Source: a virus. From it: a stretch of DNA of 64,000 bases. The stretch is from positions 45,498-109,497 of the IMG/VR virus record IMGVR_UViG_3300046535_000406, one strand, 5' to 3'. Below, one piece after another: positions 19,640-30,146 of this stretch (position 1 is its first letter; the number at the start of each line of letters is the position of its first letter). The position numbers and the translations under genes are program-made. A model generated the notes under the pieces. That model made no database searches and was not told the origin of the DNA. It saw nothing but the letters and a program-made list of their open reading frames with translations.

Positions 19640-20934
19640 CAGAGCACCAGCCCGGTGACGAACGGATGGCCGTTGTCGATGGTGTTGTCGCCGCCCCATT
19701 CAGTCGTGAAGAACTGCCGCTTCCCGTCCTGCGACGGCACCGCCATGGGATCGTTGTTGTAGTGATCGTTGCCGTGGTGGGAGAAGCAGAACGGGTGCCA
19801 CGTGCCGGTCCCGTCGAGGTCGAGCACGCCCACCTGATCATTGCCCTTCAGCCCGGCACCGGCGGTCGAGTCGTAGCAGGACAGCGTCACCTTGCCCGGC
19901 TGCCAGATGTTGCGGCACGAGATGTGGCCGAAGGCCATGGCCCCGGTGCCGGTTAGCTCGTTCCGCTCGGTGCCGTCCGAGAGACGGTGCGTGATCAGGT
20001 TGGAGCCCTTGTAGACGACGGCGACCTCGTTGCCCGCCGAGTCGTAGCCGAAGTCCCAGTGCTGCCCACCCGAAGTGCTCATCTGGCGGATGCGACCGTA
20101 GTCGTTCGCGCCGGTGAAGAAGTCCGATGCCCGGAACAGCCAGATGCCGCGATCCGTCGTGCCCGTGTTCAGGCCCGTCTCGCTCGTGGCGAACTGGACG
20201 CCCACGTACTGGCCCGATTGACTCACGGTGGCGTTGTTGGCCCGAGGCGAGCACGGGAACAGGACCCCGACGCCATCCGAGTTCGTGCCGCCGGTGCCAG
20301 CCATGCTGTAGAGCACGACCTTCTCGGCACCCGACACCGAGCCCTGAAAGACGACCCACAGATCGTCGTTCGACAGGTTGCCCTCCGCGTCTCCAATCTC
20401 CATGTTGGCGAGCCCGAGCCCGGAGAAGTCATGGATCGTCGTCAGGGCGAGCGACGAGATGGTGCGCTTCGAGAACACGCTCTTGGGAGAGCCCCCGGTC
20501 GTGTAGAGGAACGGTGCCGACAGGAAGCCCGCCGTCACGGTGTTGGGCCATCGCGACCCCGAGTTGATCGTGACCGTCGGGCCTTTGGCGACGGATAGGT
20601 CGCTCATGTTGACGATGATGCGTCCGCTCGTGCTGTCCAGTTGCAGGAGCTTGCCGTCAGGCGACAGCGGCTGCTGGCGGGAGTAAAGCTGCTTCGACCA
20701 CGTCGTGTCGCTGAGCTTCTTGACTTTGGCTCCGAACGTGGAGTCCGTGATCACGGAGCCTGCCGATGCAGGGGCAGAGTCACCGTTGGTGGCGGTGTAT
20801 GTCATCGCGACACCAGCTGGGGTCACCCCGGACGCACTCAGGACGGGACGGGCGTAGGCCCGGACCGCCTGCGGGTTCAGGTTCCGAGCCGGAGGCGACC
20901 AGCTATGAGTGATGGTGACGCTGCGACCGGCCAC
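19639..20934 (-). CDS. Beta-propeller protein (TolB/oligogalacturonate-lyase-like), probably virion-associated
   Basis: Blade motifs LSPDGK, LSNDD, VSQSGQ, PSQDGKRQFFT. Confidence 0.55.
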   Translation of the reverse strand: MAGRSVTITHSWSPPARNLNPQAVRAYARPVLSASGVTPAGVAMTYTATNGDSAPASAGSVITDSTFGAKVKKLSDTTWSKQLYSRQQPLSPDGKLLQLDSTSGRIIVNMSDLSVAKGPTVTINSGSRWPNTVTAGFLSAPFLYTTGGSPKSVFSKRTISSLALTTIHDFSGLGLANMEIGDAEGNLSNDDLWVVFQGSVSGAEKVVLYSMAGTGGTNSDGVGVLFPCSPRANNATVSQSGQYVGVQFATSETGLNTGTTDRGIWLFRASDFFTGANDYGRIRQMSTSGGQHWDFGYDSAGNEVAVVYKGSNLITHRLSDGTERNELTGTGAMAFGHISCRNIWQPGKVTLSCYDSTAGAGLKGNDQVGVLDLDGTGTWHPFCFSHHGNDHYNNDPMAVPSQDGKRQFFTTEWGGDNTIDNGHPFVTGLVL

Positions 20935-20940
20935 CGAGGG

Positions 20941-21384
20941 TTACCCGGCTGCGACTTGCAGCAACCCTGCCACGTCCACCGTCACGTTCACGGCACCGCC
21001 ACCACCGGCGAAGGGGAAGCCGCCGCTGTCCACGAACGCAATCGGGATGTCGTTCGCACCACCGTTCACGTTCTTGACGATCACGTATCCCTGCGCCTGA
21101 CGGGTGCCGGGGCCGACCGTGGTGCCGAACGTGAAGTCAGCGGCGTCGGTCCATGAGAGGTGTGTGCTGTTGTTCTCCGCAGAGGCGGACATGCTCAGGG
21201 TCGGGCGGGAGTAGCCCGAGCCGTCGAACTCATCCAGTGTCGTGAAGCCGCCGACGGTCGCCTTGTCGCGCTCCGTGTCGGCGGTCGTGTTGGTCATCAC
21301 GAGGATCGCCCGGAGGTCAGACGTGCCGGGGTTCAGGGCCGCCGTGTTCAGCAACTGCAACGCATGGTCGTACCAGAAGCTCAC
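20941..21384 (-). CDS. Putative minor tail/virion structural protein
   Basis: E.DGSGYSRPTL...DAADFTF pattern typical of small phage structural proteins. Confidence 0.55.
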   Translation of the reverse strand: MSFWYDHALQLLNTAALNPGTSDLRAILVMTNTTADTERDKATVGGFTTLDEFDGSGYSRPTLSMSASAENNSTHLSWTDAADFTFGTTVGPGTRQAQGYVIVKNVNGGANDIPIAFVDSGGFPFAGGGGAVNVTVDVAGLLQVAAG

Positions 21385-21386
21385 GG

Positions 21387-21737
21387 TCAGTCCCTTCCGT
21401 AGGTCAAGTGCACGACGGCGGCAGCCGACGTGGAGCGGACATGAGCGGTGTCGTCAGCGCCGACACCGCTCGCCTTCGTGGGATACGTGATGGACGCTCC
21501 GGCACCCTGCCAGTAGCCGATCCCGTTCGTCGTCGCCTCGCCCATCGCCACGGCGCACTCAGCCGAGCAGTAGACCGTGACGTAGGTCGTGCCAGCTGGC
21601 ATCGCGCCGCTGGCCGGGTAGTCGGTGTTCGCGTTGGTGCAGGTGACCGCCTCGTGTGCACTCCGGCCCTTCAGGAGAGGGTTGGCCGTCACGGCGGCAC
21701 CCGTTACCTCGACCCCGTACAGCGGCTGCGAACCCAC
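21387..21737 (-). CDS. Small beta-rich putative structural protein
   Basis: GGAG RBS; Ala/Thr-rich; first gene of the structural cluster. Confidence 0.5.
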   Translation of the reverse strand: MGSQPLYGVEVTGAAVTANPLLKGRSAHEAVTCTNANTDYPASGAMPAGTTYVTVYCSAECAVAMGEATTNGIGYWQGAGASITYPTKASGVGADDTAHVRSTSAAAVVHLTYGRD

Positions 21738-22207
21738 GTGTCACTCCCAGTTGGCGATGGCGTGGTGATCCTACACGATGCAGGAAGTGCCGGGCGGGTG
21801 CCCCAGTGCCCAGAGCCCCCAGTCCTTGACGAGCCCAGCCACTTCCGCCCGGCCCGGCACAGCATACGTTGCCCGGGGCCTACTTGCGCAAGCCCCGGGC
21901 TGCCCAAACGGCTCCTCGGTTACCCGGGGCGCTGGAACAGCCTAGCGGACACGTCTCTTGGCGGGCGGCTCGACCTGTAGGCGGATCAGGTCCTGAAGGG
22001 CGGCCATCTCGGCGAGCACGCGGACGGATCGACTACCCATCTCGTCGGCGTCCTTGGAGAGGCGTACGGCGCTCGCTGCACTCGCCCGTGTCGCGGCGGC
22101 CTCCGTGGAAGCCTGCCGCCCCGGAGTGAACGCCCGGCGCAGGCGATCGATCACGTGCCACAGATTACCCCCTACGGCCAATAGGTCGTAGTGCTTAGTG
22201 GCCCGGA

Positions 22208-22558
22208 CTATGCGTTCCGGATGCAGGCGATGAACAGGTAGCCCAGCGACAGGGCGATCACGCCGCGAGCCAGATCGACCGAAGTCGCGACCCACTCCGG
22301 GAACACGGTGTGTCCCGCCGGTGTCGAGGGCAGATACAGCTGGCGGAGGATGCCGATCGCGCACAGGTAGACGGTAGCGACGGCGACGCCGGTGAGTGAA
22401 GCTGCCAGCACATGGGTGAGCCACAGAGTCTTGCGACCTTCTGCCACGGCGAGCCTCCGGTCAGTCAGGTACAGCCGCCACATGAACGCCGGTGCGCTCA
22501 CCGCGAGAGCCCCGAAGATTGCCAGCGCGAGGATGATGACCATGCCGGAGAGGTCCAT
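22208..22558 (-). CDS. 3-TM membrane protein
   Basis: Hydrophobic segments. Confidence 0.55.
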   Translation of the reverse strand: MDLSGMVIILALAIFGALAVSAPAFMWRLYLTDRRLAVAEGRKTLWLTHVLAASLTGVAVATVYLCAIGILRQLYLPSTPAGHTVFPEWVATSVDLARGVIALSLGYLFIACIRNA

Positions 22559-24344
22559 TCACGTGGATCGTAGCGCGCTTGCACCCGCATTGCGAGCTTC
22601 CTGAGCCCTTCGATAGGTTCGCCGTCCGATTGCAAGGTGGCATTCCTTGCAGCGAGCGCGATCAGGCCGGTCGCGCCCAGCTGAGTGGATCACCGTGTTT
22701 GACGCCTCTCGGGGATGCCCGCACGGGTAGCGCGCCTCGATGGTGACGTGAGGCTCGGCCAGCCGACAGGCTCGGCATCGGGAGTAGGACCAGACGCGGC
22801 CATCCGGCCTCTTGCGAAGGTGCCAGAACTCGGCGTCGAACGGCCACCACTCACGGCAGCCGAAGCACAGGCGCTGAGGTCCAAGCTCAGGCTCGGACGG
22901 CACCACGAGGGTCAGGCTCACTCGCCCAACTCCGATCGCGCCCAGTCGCGCCAGCACTCGGGGCAGAAGTCGAGATACCGTCCGTAGTGGACGACGTACA
23001 GGCGACCGTATCCCTGCTTGCGAGCGGCGGTCCGGGCCTCGCGCTTGGTCGGCTCCATGCTGGACTCGTTCTCGCAGTCTGGGTCGTCGCAGTGGACGAC
23101 GTTGTAGGCGCGGCTGGTCACCCCGTCACCTCATCGCGGGCCTCGGCTGCGCGGAACGCCCTGTCACGGTCACAGTGCGTGCATTCGCCCGGTGGGCAGA
23201 GATAGAGCAATCCATCAGCCACCACCGCATCCCGCTCCGCGCTGGCGGGTGGCGTGGCGGCTAGGATCAAGTCGCAGACTTCGCACTCGTCGGTCGGTGT
23301 CTCGTCGTCGTACTCCACCCAGCCATCGCGGATGCCGACGTGACCGCCGAAGTTGCCGCTCCACTCTGATACGGCCTTGCGGTGCTCTCCGATCAGCGCC
23401 TCCCGCTCCGCGCTGGCGGGTGGCGTGGCGGCGAGGGCGGTCAAGATCGCATCTGTCGCGGCTGTCGCTTCGCCTTCAATCTCCCTGACCGCATCGGCGT
23501 AGTCCGAGTGGTCGGTGGCGACACCGTAGATGTGCGTCAGCGACTCGAAAGCGTGTACCAGCGCCTCCCGCAGCAGCGCGTCCGGGGTCACGACCGGGCC
23601 TCGGCTGCGCGCTGTCGGCGTCCACCCTTCGGGTGACCGCCTCGGGTGTGCCGGGTTGCGGGACTTCGCTCCGCGCTGGCGGGTGGCGTGGCGAGTCCTT
23701 CGCGACGCACCGCGTCGTCGTAGCCGTTCTGATACGCCTGCTTCAGTTCAGTCGCTTGACTCGATAGGTCACGAGCACAGTGTTCGCAAACGGTGAGGCT
23801 GCTGGCGAACGGCATCACTCGGTCGCAATCACCGCACATGCAATGGCGATCTTCGTTGGCGCGTCCCGTGGTCGGGGTGGTCATTCGCGTTCCTCGATCG
23901 CCTGACGGAGGTAGACCACGAGGTCCAGCGCCTCCTGATAGGCGTCAACGAGGGCGTCGCGTCCGTTGTGCGCCTGCAAGGGCGTGCCGTACCGCGCTCG
24001 ACCTACCCGGTCGCGCTCCTGCATGTCGGCCACCACAAGCTCCCAGATCGGCTTGCCCGGCGTGGGGATCGGCGGCGGCTGGTCGATGATCTTCACGACG
24101 TTGACTTCGAGCGGGGCGACCAGCCGTGCGGGTGGACGCCCTGCTCGGTCGTGTAGTCGAGGCCGCACTGGGCGCACCGTGCGATGGCCTCCGGCGTGGA
24201 GAGCCGCTTCACCACGGCTCGGCATTCCCGGTCGATCGCCTCCGCGTAATCAGGGGCGTCTGGCTCAGGGAAGCCGTACATGCGAACCCGCTCGACAAGC
24301 TCAGAGAGTGTCGAGCGGAGAGCGCCGGTGCGAGGTTCGGTCAT
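22559..24344 (-). other. Run of small coupled ORFs, many Cys-rich Zn-binding (22559, 22918, 23118, 23588, 24093)
   Basis: ATGA/GTGA overlaps; CxxC pairs. Confidence 0.55.
23881..24096 (-). CDS. Small MazG/dNTP-pyrophosphatase-like helical phage protein
   Basis: RYGTPLQ...DAYQEALDLVVYL; GTGA-coupled start. Confidence 0.55.
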   Translation of the reverse strand: MKIIDQPPPIPTPGKPIWELVVADMQERDRVGRARYGTPLQAHNGRDALVDAYQEALDLVVYLRQAIEERE

Positions 24345-24373
24345 GCCTGTATCTTACTACAGGAAGTCAATAG

Positions 24374-25054
24374 CTACCCGCTGACGCCGGAGTCCGTGCA
24401 GCTGCCAGAGTCGGCCTCAGCACGAGCCTGTCCGAGCAGCCTGCCAGCCTGCGTGAAGCCGTCACCGATCGACTTGGGCGGTGTGCCCGCGCCGTTGGTG
24501 CGCACGATCCAGCGGAGGAAGGCGACGATCTTGCCGTGGAGGGTGGACATGCCCTGCCGGTAGCTGTTCCACGCATCGGTCATGCAGGCCGAAGGCGTGT
24601 AGCTCAGGGCGACCTGCTGCTTGGCGAAGGTGCCGATCGAGACGTAGGCGTTGATCAGCTGCCGCAGGGTGGACATGGACGCCACCGAGTTGGACCAGTC
24701 GAACACCCGCTGGACGCCGTCGTCAATCGTGGTGACGATCAGCTGGTCGTCGTTGGCGGCGGTGGGCTGAGGTGTGGGGTCAGGCGTCGGAGCCGTGGTC
24801 GGCTCGGTGGTGGGAGCGGGACTGGCGCACGGTCCTGCCGCGATGATGACGACGGAGTGGTCCGCGACGGCGGCTGCCAGCGTGATCGGGTCCCAGCCCT
24901 GAGACGGCACTGGGCCGTACACGTCAACGCACAGCGAGGTCGTGGTGGGAGCCGGTGCCTGCGATGGCGACTGGGCGAAGGCCGTGCTGCCGATCGCCAC
25001 GAAGGTGGCGGCCAGCACGGCGATGGCGATGGGTGAGAGAGAGCGAGTGCGCAT
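24374..25054 (-). CDS. Secreted protein with signal peptide and PT-rich linker
   Basis: MRTRSLSPIAIAVLAATFVAIGSTAFA|QS; PTTAPTPDPTP linker. Confidence 0.7.
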   Translation of the reverse strand: MRTRSLSPIAIAVLAATFVAIGSTAFAQSPSQAPAPTTTSLCVDVYGPVPSQGWDPITLAAAVADHSVVIIAAGPCASPAPTTEPTTAPTPDPTPQPTAANDDQLIVTTIDDGVQRVFDWSNSVASMSTLRQLINAYVSIGTFAKQQVALSYTPSACMTDAWNSYRQGMSTLHGKIVAFLRWIVRTNGAGTPPKSIGDGFTQAGRLLGQARAEADSGSCTDSGVSG

Positions 25055-25056
25055 GA

Positions 25057-26232
25057 TCAGCCTTCCTGTTCGGTGATGACGTTGGAGTGAGCCTTGGTGT
25101 TCTCGACCAGCGGCTCGTTGCGGTCCCGGGACTGCCAGCCCTCGCGGAACCACGCCGAGTGCTCGTCGTCCGGGCCGGGCGTGTCGCCCAGTGATTGGGT
25201 GGCGTAGTGCCACGGGTTGCCGCACCCGATGACCGGGATCGGCTTGGAGTCCTTCCAGAACACCGGCCAGCCATCGGCCAGCCGGGCCATGATCCCGTCA
25301 CCACAGACAGGGCAGACCTCGACCGGGCTGCCGCCACCAGCAGGCTGAGCGGCCATGTCCCGGAGCGCGTCTCGCAGCGCGGCGTAGGTGAGCGCGTCGG
25401 CCTCGGACGGACGGACGGGTTCCTCGAAGGACATGCGGATGTCCGCCTCCACCTCGACCTCGTCGTCCGACGCTGGGGCCAGCGGCTGCCAGATCGTGGG
25501 CGGATGCGGCTGCCCGTACCACGGGTTGTGTGACGTGTCGTCCTCGCTGAGCGTGTCCTCGACAGAGGCCGTCAGGTGGTTCTGCCGCCACTCCTCCTCG
25601 GCGATGGCGCGGTAGTCGGCAGTCGAATACAGGTCGGCGAGCACCGCTGCCCGGGCGACGTAATACTCGGCCATGTAGCGGTTCTGGTCCTCGATGTCAT
25701 CGGCCTGCTCCAACGCACGGATGGCAGCGAGGCGATAGCTCTCCGGATCGGGGCGGGGATCGGTCATGGGAGCCTCCTTGTGCTCAGGTGGGGTGGCTTG
25801 GATGGCAAACTCCCCGTGGGAGTGGTCATCGAACCAGCTGTCAATCCGCTTCTTGCGGGCCATCAGAGCCCAGAAGTCCTCGAATGCGCCCTCTGGATTG
25901 TTGGGAACCGCGCTTATGGCGCGATCATCGATGTAGACCTCGGCTGGCACCTTGTCCGCCGTGATCAGGTCGAACGGCAACTCCCACTTGTTCAGCCAGT
26001 CGCGGACCCACTTGCGCTCGCGCTTCACGTCCCCCGGGGAGATGGAGGTCCGGCTGCACCGCGTGGTGTGGATCACGATGCGGTAGCCCTTGGCGCGAAG
26101 GTCGTCAAGGAAGGTGGTGGCGCCCGAGAGTGGTGTCGCCCCCATGTGGTAGAGCGATGTGTTCGGGTAGATCACGCCGTCGAAGTCAACGGCCACCACT
26201 CCGGTGCCGGTGTGCAGGTTGGGCCAACTCAC
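25057..26232 (-). CDS. HAD-superfamily hydrolase fused to unknown C-terminal domains
   Basis: VAVDFDGVI...HTTR...K.PAEVYIDDRA. Confidence 0.75.
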   Translation of the reverse strand: MSWPNLHTGTGVVAVDFDGVIYPNTSLYHMGATPLSGATTFLDDLRAKGYRIVIHTTRCSRTSISPGDVKRERKWVRDWLNKWELPFDLITADKVPAEVYIDDRAISAVPNNPEGAFEDFWALMARKKRIDSWFDDHSHGEFAIQATPPEHKEAPMTDPRPDPESYRLAAIRALEQADDIEDQNRYMAEYYVARAAVLADLYSTADYRAIAEEEWRQNHLTASVEDTLSEDDTSHNPWYGQPHPPTIWQPLAPASDDEVEVEADIRMSFEEPVRPSEADALTYAALRDALRDMAAQPAGGGSPVEVCPVCGDGIMARLADGWPVFWKDSKPIPVIGCGNPWHYATQSLGDTPGPDDEHSAWFREGWQSRDRNEPLVENTKAHSNVITEQEG

Positions 26233-27962
26233 AGGATTGGGTTCCTCCGGTCATACAGGGCGATGCCAACGAGCGCCCCGGGGATGCCGCACAGCAGACC
26301 GAGGATCAGGCCAACGATGAACGCGACGCCGGTGCTCCACGAGCCGATGCCGCCGGTGAGCGTCATCAGCAGCAACTCGACCAGCCAAGCGAACAGGCAG
26401 CCGATCAGGGCTCCCCCCATCACGTAGGCGGCGTACCTCACAGATCGGCCCATGGGCGCTGCCCGGCGTATCGGCACTTGGCGCCGGGGTGGAGGTCGTG
26501 CCATGCCCGGTGCACTGACGGCTTGGCCGTGCCCTTCACCGGCTGGTCGTCAAGGTCGGGCTCGCCCATCATCGTCACGATGGTCCACGCCAACGCCAGC
26601 GACGGCTCGGCCATCCCATTGGCTTCCAGCGCCGTGGCGATGTCGATCAGGGCGTGCCACGGAGAGCCCGGGGCAGCATTCCGCAACGCCTCGATCAGCC
26701 AGTCCTTGTGCTCGGCCACCGGGCTCGCGGTGTAGAAGCCCATCCGCTGGGGGTTGCGCAACTGCATCAGGGTGACGAACGCCTCGGCTCGCCGTCGGCA
26801 CGTCACGCAGTCGGCGGCATCGCCGGTGTGATGGCGATCGAGGAAGTGGAAGGACGCCGCCACGTCCTCGATGCTCAGGCTCACCAACAGGCTCCGTTCG
26901 ACCCGGGCCTGCCCACTGCGCCACTCGCACTTGCAGCCCTGCATCGAGCAGCGCGAGCCACGCGGGTGGTGGTGGTGATCCTCGATCACGCAGCTGCCGC
27001 ACAGGTCCTCGAACGCGGTCATCGCTTTGGGTTCTCCCTAGCCAGCACGGTCATGTCGCCGTTGTCGTCAGCGCCGACGGAGGCGTTCGGATACCACTGG
27101 GACACGGCCTGAAGGATCGCGGCGGAGCAGCCCATGTCGATGGGCAGGTGGAGCGTCACCAGTGGACGGGCCACCACGCCCCGCGCCTTCAGGTCGCGGT
27201 CAATCTCCTGCCGGTGCCGCTTGGTGGGCGTGCTCATTGCGCAGCCAACGCGATGGCCTTGCGGACAGCGCCTGCGATGGCCTCGGATGCCTCCATGATC
27301 CAGACCTCGCGCAGGTGGGCCTCCAACTGTTCCGACTCGTCGTCAGGCACGTCGATGGGGCGCTCCTTCGGCCCCCAGCCGCAGTCGCAGGACACGTGCT
27401 CGTACGCCCAGTCGATCCGGATGCCGTGCTTCACGTCAGCCATCGGTCGGCTCCTTCACGGTCGGCTCCTTCACGTTGCGCCATACGTCAGGCGAACGCT
27501 GCGCCCAGTCGAGGACGTTCCGGTACAGCAGCTTGCCGACCACCTGATCGAACGAGGACTGCTGCCAGACCGAGGCCCCGCGCTCCTGCCCGCAGGGACA
27601 GGTGTACCAAGCCTCGGTGACGTGCTCGACGGACAGGATGCCGCTCACCTCGAAGGGGATGACGCCCGGGTCATGGACCTCGGACCGGCGCACGGTCAGC
27701 GGGTGGTAGAGCCACGCGCAGCGGAGTCGGCGGAGTCGGCGCCTCATGCGGCCACCAGTCTCAGCGCCACGTCACGCTCGGGATCGAACACGGCCATGAC
27801 GATCAGGTCATCGGGCAGGTCGAGCGTCGCCATCAGGTTGCGCTCGAAGAACTGGGAGTGGCCGCACAGGCAGGGATCGCTGTCGCCGTACCCACCGAAG
27901 CGGGCGGGACACGGCTGGTCGCCGTGGGCTCGATGTGCGCAGCTGGGGCAGGAGGGGAGCAA
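26229..27962 (-). other. Run of small coupled ORFs (2-TM protein 26229-26441; Zn-binding proteins)
   Basis: Overlapping start/stop codons; CxxC/His motifs. Confidence 0.5.
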
Positions 27963-28073
27963 CGGTTACCTCGGTCAGTGCTAAGCGCGGTCCCAGAGCC
28001 CTCGAAGTGGAGCCACCGCCGTTCTTCCCGGGGGATGAATGGTGGTTCCTGACTCTCAGGACCGCGTCCAGAG

Positions 28074-28105
28074 AAGGTACAGGAAGATGTGCAGGAAGTC
28101 AACAG
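28074..28105 (-). promoter_or_regulatory. Repeated phage promoter
   Basis: TTGACT-17-TACCTT. Confidence 0.65.
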
Positions 28106-28503
28106 CTAGGTTTGGTCCGGGTGCCGCTCGACGGCGGCACCCGGCTGCACCACATGGACACCGCTCGTGCTTGCATCCTCTCGCGACCGTCGAGTCCGGA
28201 GGCTGGACTATGGGCACGTGCTGGTCCGTACCACGCCCGGGTGGAGCAAGCGACCAACCACCGTCACGGGCCGTGTCAGGGCAGACGGTGGGGCTTCCCG
28301 ATCGACGGCTCGCCCCTGCGCAGTGTGCCCGCGCATCATACATGAGGTCAACAGGTATGATGCCCTCGCGAGGCTGTCCGGCTAAGCGCCTTCGGGCGTT
28401 ACGGTTAGGAGGGTGGCGGGCAGTGACGGCCACGTCCCCGTGAAACATCGGGGCTCCGTGAAGGCCATGGCACGCGGTGACGTTGTGCGCTGTAGCTGCC
28501 GGA

Positions 28504-29952
28504 TCAGCCTCGCAGGATGATGCCGTCCACTTCGGCGATCTGGGACTCGTGGAGCGCCTTGCGGGCGATGCCCTCATTGGCGGCCCACTGGTCGGCGTTG
28601 CGCAGCAGGGCGACAGCTGGCATGTCCACCCGGAGCACCGGCACCCGGTAGTCGGCAGCCGTGCTCATGTCGTGCGCGATCGAGGCGGCCCATTGGTGGT
28701 GGCCGTCGATCACATAGTTGTCGGCGGAGATGAGCACCGGCTTCATCGGCTGGCCGCTGCCGTGCCCTTCGAGCGAGTCCAAGAAGCCAGCCGTCTTGGC
28801 GACATTGACTTCATTCTGGGAAGGCTTCAGGTCCTGCGGTCTGATCCGATCGCTGGTCACAGCGATGCCATCGTCGCGCAGCCCGTTCAGGTAGTCGTTC
28901 ACCTTGGTCGCCGGTATCTGGGGCATCTCGTCACGTGGGATGCCCAGCGACGGGCCGAACGTCTCGTTGCCGTCCACCCTCAGCTTCGTCAAGTCGAGCG
29001 GAGCGCCATCGTGGGACTGGGACGCCTGAAGTGTGGGCTTCAGGTCGGACCGGGCGACGTTGGCGTCCTTCCCGGCAGCCAAACGCTGGATGGCCTCGGA
29101 CGGTGAGTGGGCCGCGTGTCCCCCGGCACCAGCTGATCCGCCCAGCCACGCGCCATAGAAGTGGCCGTCTTCCGACTCCTTGACCGGCACGAAGCTCACC
29201 GTCCGGTGGTCCATGGGTCCGCCGTGCACCGCCGTGTAACCCCGGGTCGGGTAGCCGTTCCGCCCGGCTGCCGCCATGACGGCGTCGATGAACGCCTTGG
29301 CCCCACCCTCGTAGCCGCCTGAGCCGTACAGCATCCCGTCCGCATAGGCGTCGGCAATGTCTTCGCTGAGCGATCCGCCGGTGATCGAGCCGTTGCCCTG
29401 CACGGTGAACAGGCCCGGGACGTTCCAGTGGTTCTCTCCGACCTTGTATTGGTCCAGCACCGACTTCACGTCCGCGTAGGCAACACTCGTTCGGTGCCCG
29501 GCCTCGTGGTACATCAGGTTCATCAGCCGGTTGTTGCGCTCCTCCGGCGTCTCGCTGATCCGCCCGCCGGTGCCCAGCACGTTCGACCCGAGGGTGATGT
29601 TGCGATCCGTGTTGTAGCCCGCATGGCCCACGATGGCGCCTCCGCCGGGATGGCCCTCGTCGTGTGCCGCCGCAGCGTTGATCGAGCCGAGACTGCCCGT
29701 GATCACGATGCCCGGGGCCTCACCGTTCTGAAGCTGCTGGTCGGTCATCGCCCACGGCTTGGTCTGGGGCCAGCCGTTCACGTCCTTCCTGAGCGCCTGA
29801 GAGGCCGGGAAGTCAGCGAAGCGGTCCTTGGTCGCCGGGTGACCACCGGCTGAGGCGCTACCGCCCGTCCAAGCGCCGTAGAAGTGATTGTCGTCGTCCG
29901 ACTCCCGGTAGCGACCCATCGCCGCCTGAATGTCGTCGCGAATGCCGCTCAC
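28504..29952 (-). CDS. Tagged modular protein: zincin (HEAGH) module + ParB/Srx-like module
   Basis: YHEAGH...SEDIADAY; LKPSQ...VLISADNYVIDGHHQWAA; two HFYGAW tags. Confidence 0.75.
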   Translation of the reverse strand: MSGIRDDIQAAMGRYRESDDDNHFYGAWTGGSASAGGHPATKDRFADFPASQALRKDVNGWPQTKPWAMTDQQLQNGEAPGIVITGSLGSINAAAAHDEGHPGGGAIVGHAGYNTDRNITLGSNVLGTGGRISETPEERNNRLMNLMYHEAGHRTSVAYADVKSVLDQYKVGENHWNVPGLFTVQGNGSITGGSLSEDIADAYADGMLYGSGGYEGGAKAFIDAVMAAAGRNGYPTRGYTAVHGGPMDHRTVSFVPVKESEDGHFYGAWLGGSAGAGGHAAHSPSEAIQRLAAGKDANVARSDLKPTLQASQSHDGAPLDLTKLRVDGNETFGPSLGIPRDEMPQIPATKVNDYLNGLRDDGIAVTSDRIRPQDLKPSQNEVNVAKTAGFLDSLEGHGSGQPMKPVLISADNYVIDGHHQWAASIAHDMSTAADYRVPVLRVDMPAVALLRNADQWAANEGIARKALHESQIAEVDGIILRG

Positions 29953-30146
29953 GCGATCGCCTTGTTGACTTCGTCCATGGACACCCGGTCGATGTCGGCG
30001 CCGGTCACCAGCAACTCGATCAGCCGGGGATCAGGGACCCACTTCTTGGACGCCCAGTCCCAACGCTCAGCCGTGGAGCCGTCATCGGCTCGCCGGTAGG
30101 CGACCTCGACCTTGCCGTGGTTGTCGTGGATCAGGTAGCCGATCAT
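29949..30146 (-). CDS. 65-aa putative immunity/antitoxin
   Basis: ATGA-coupled directly behind the RelA/SpoT-like toxin; ERWDW...W...DIDRVSMDEVNKAIA. Confidence 0.6.
   Translation of the reverse strand: MIGYLIHDNHGKVEVAYRRADDGSTAERWDWASKKWVPDPRLIELLVTGADIDRVSMDEVNKAIA

Noticed and set aside
27444-27475. 15-bp tandem duplication (VKEPT x2)
   Set aside because: Simple slippage duplicating an RBS; no sign of a larger system.
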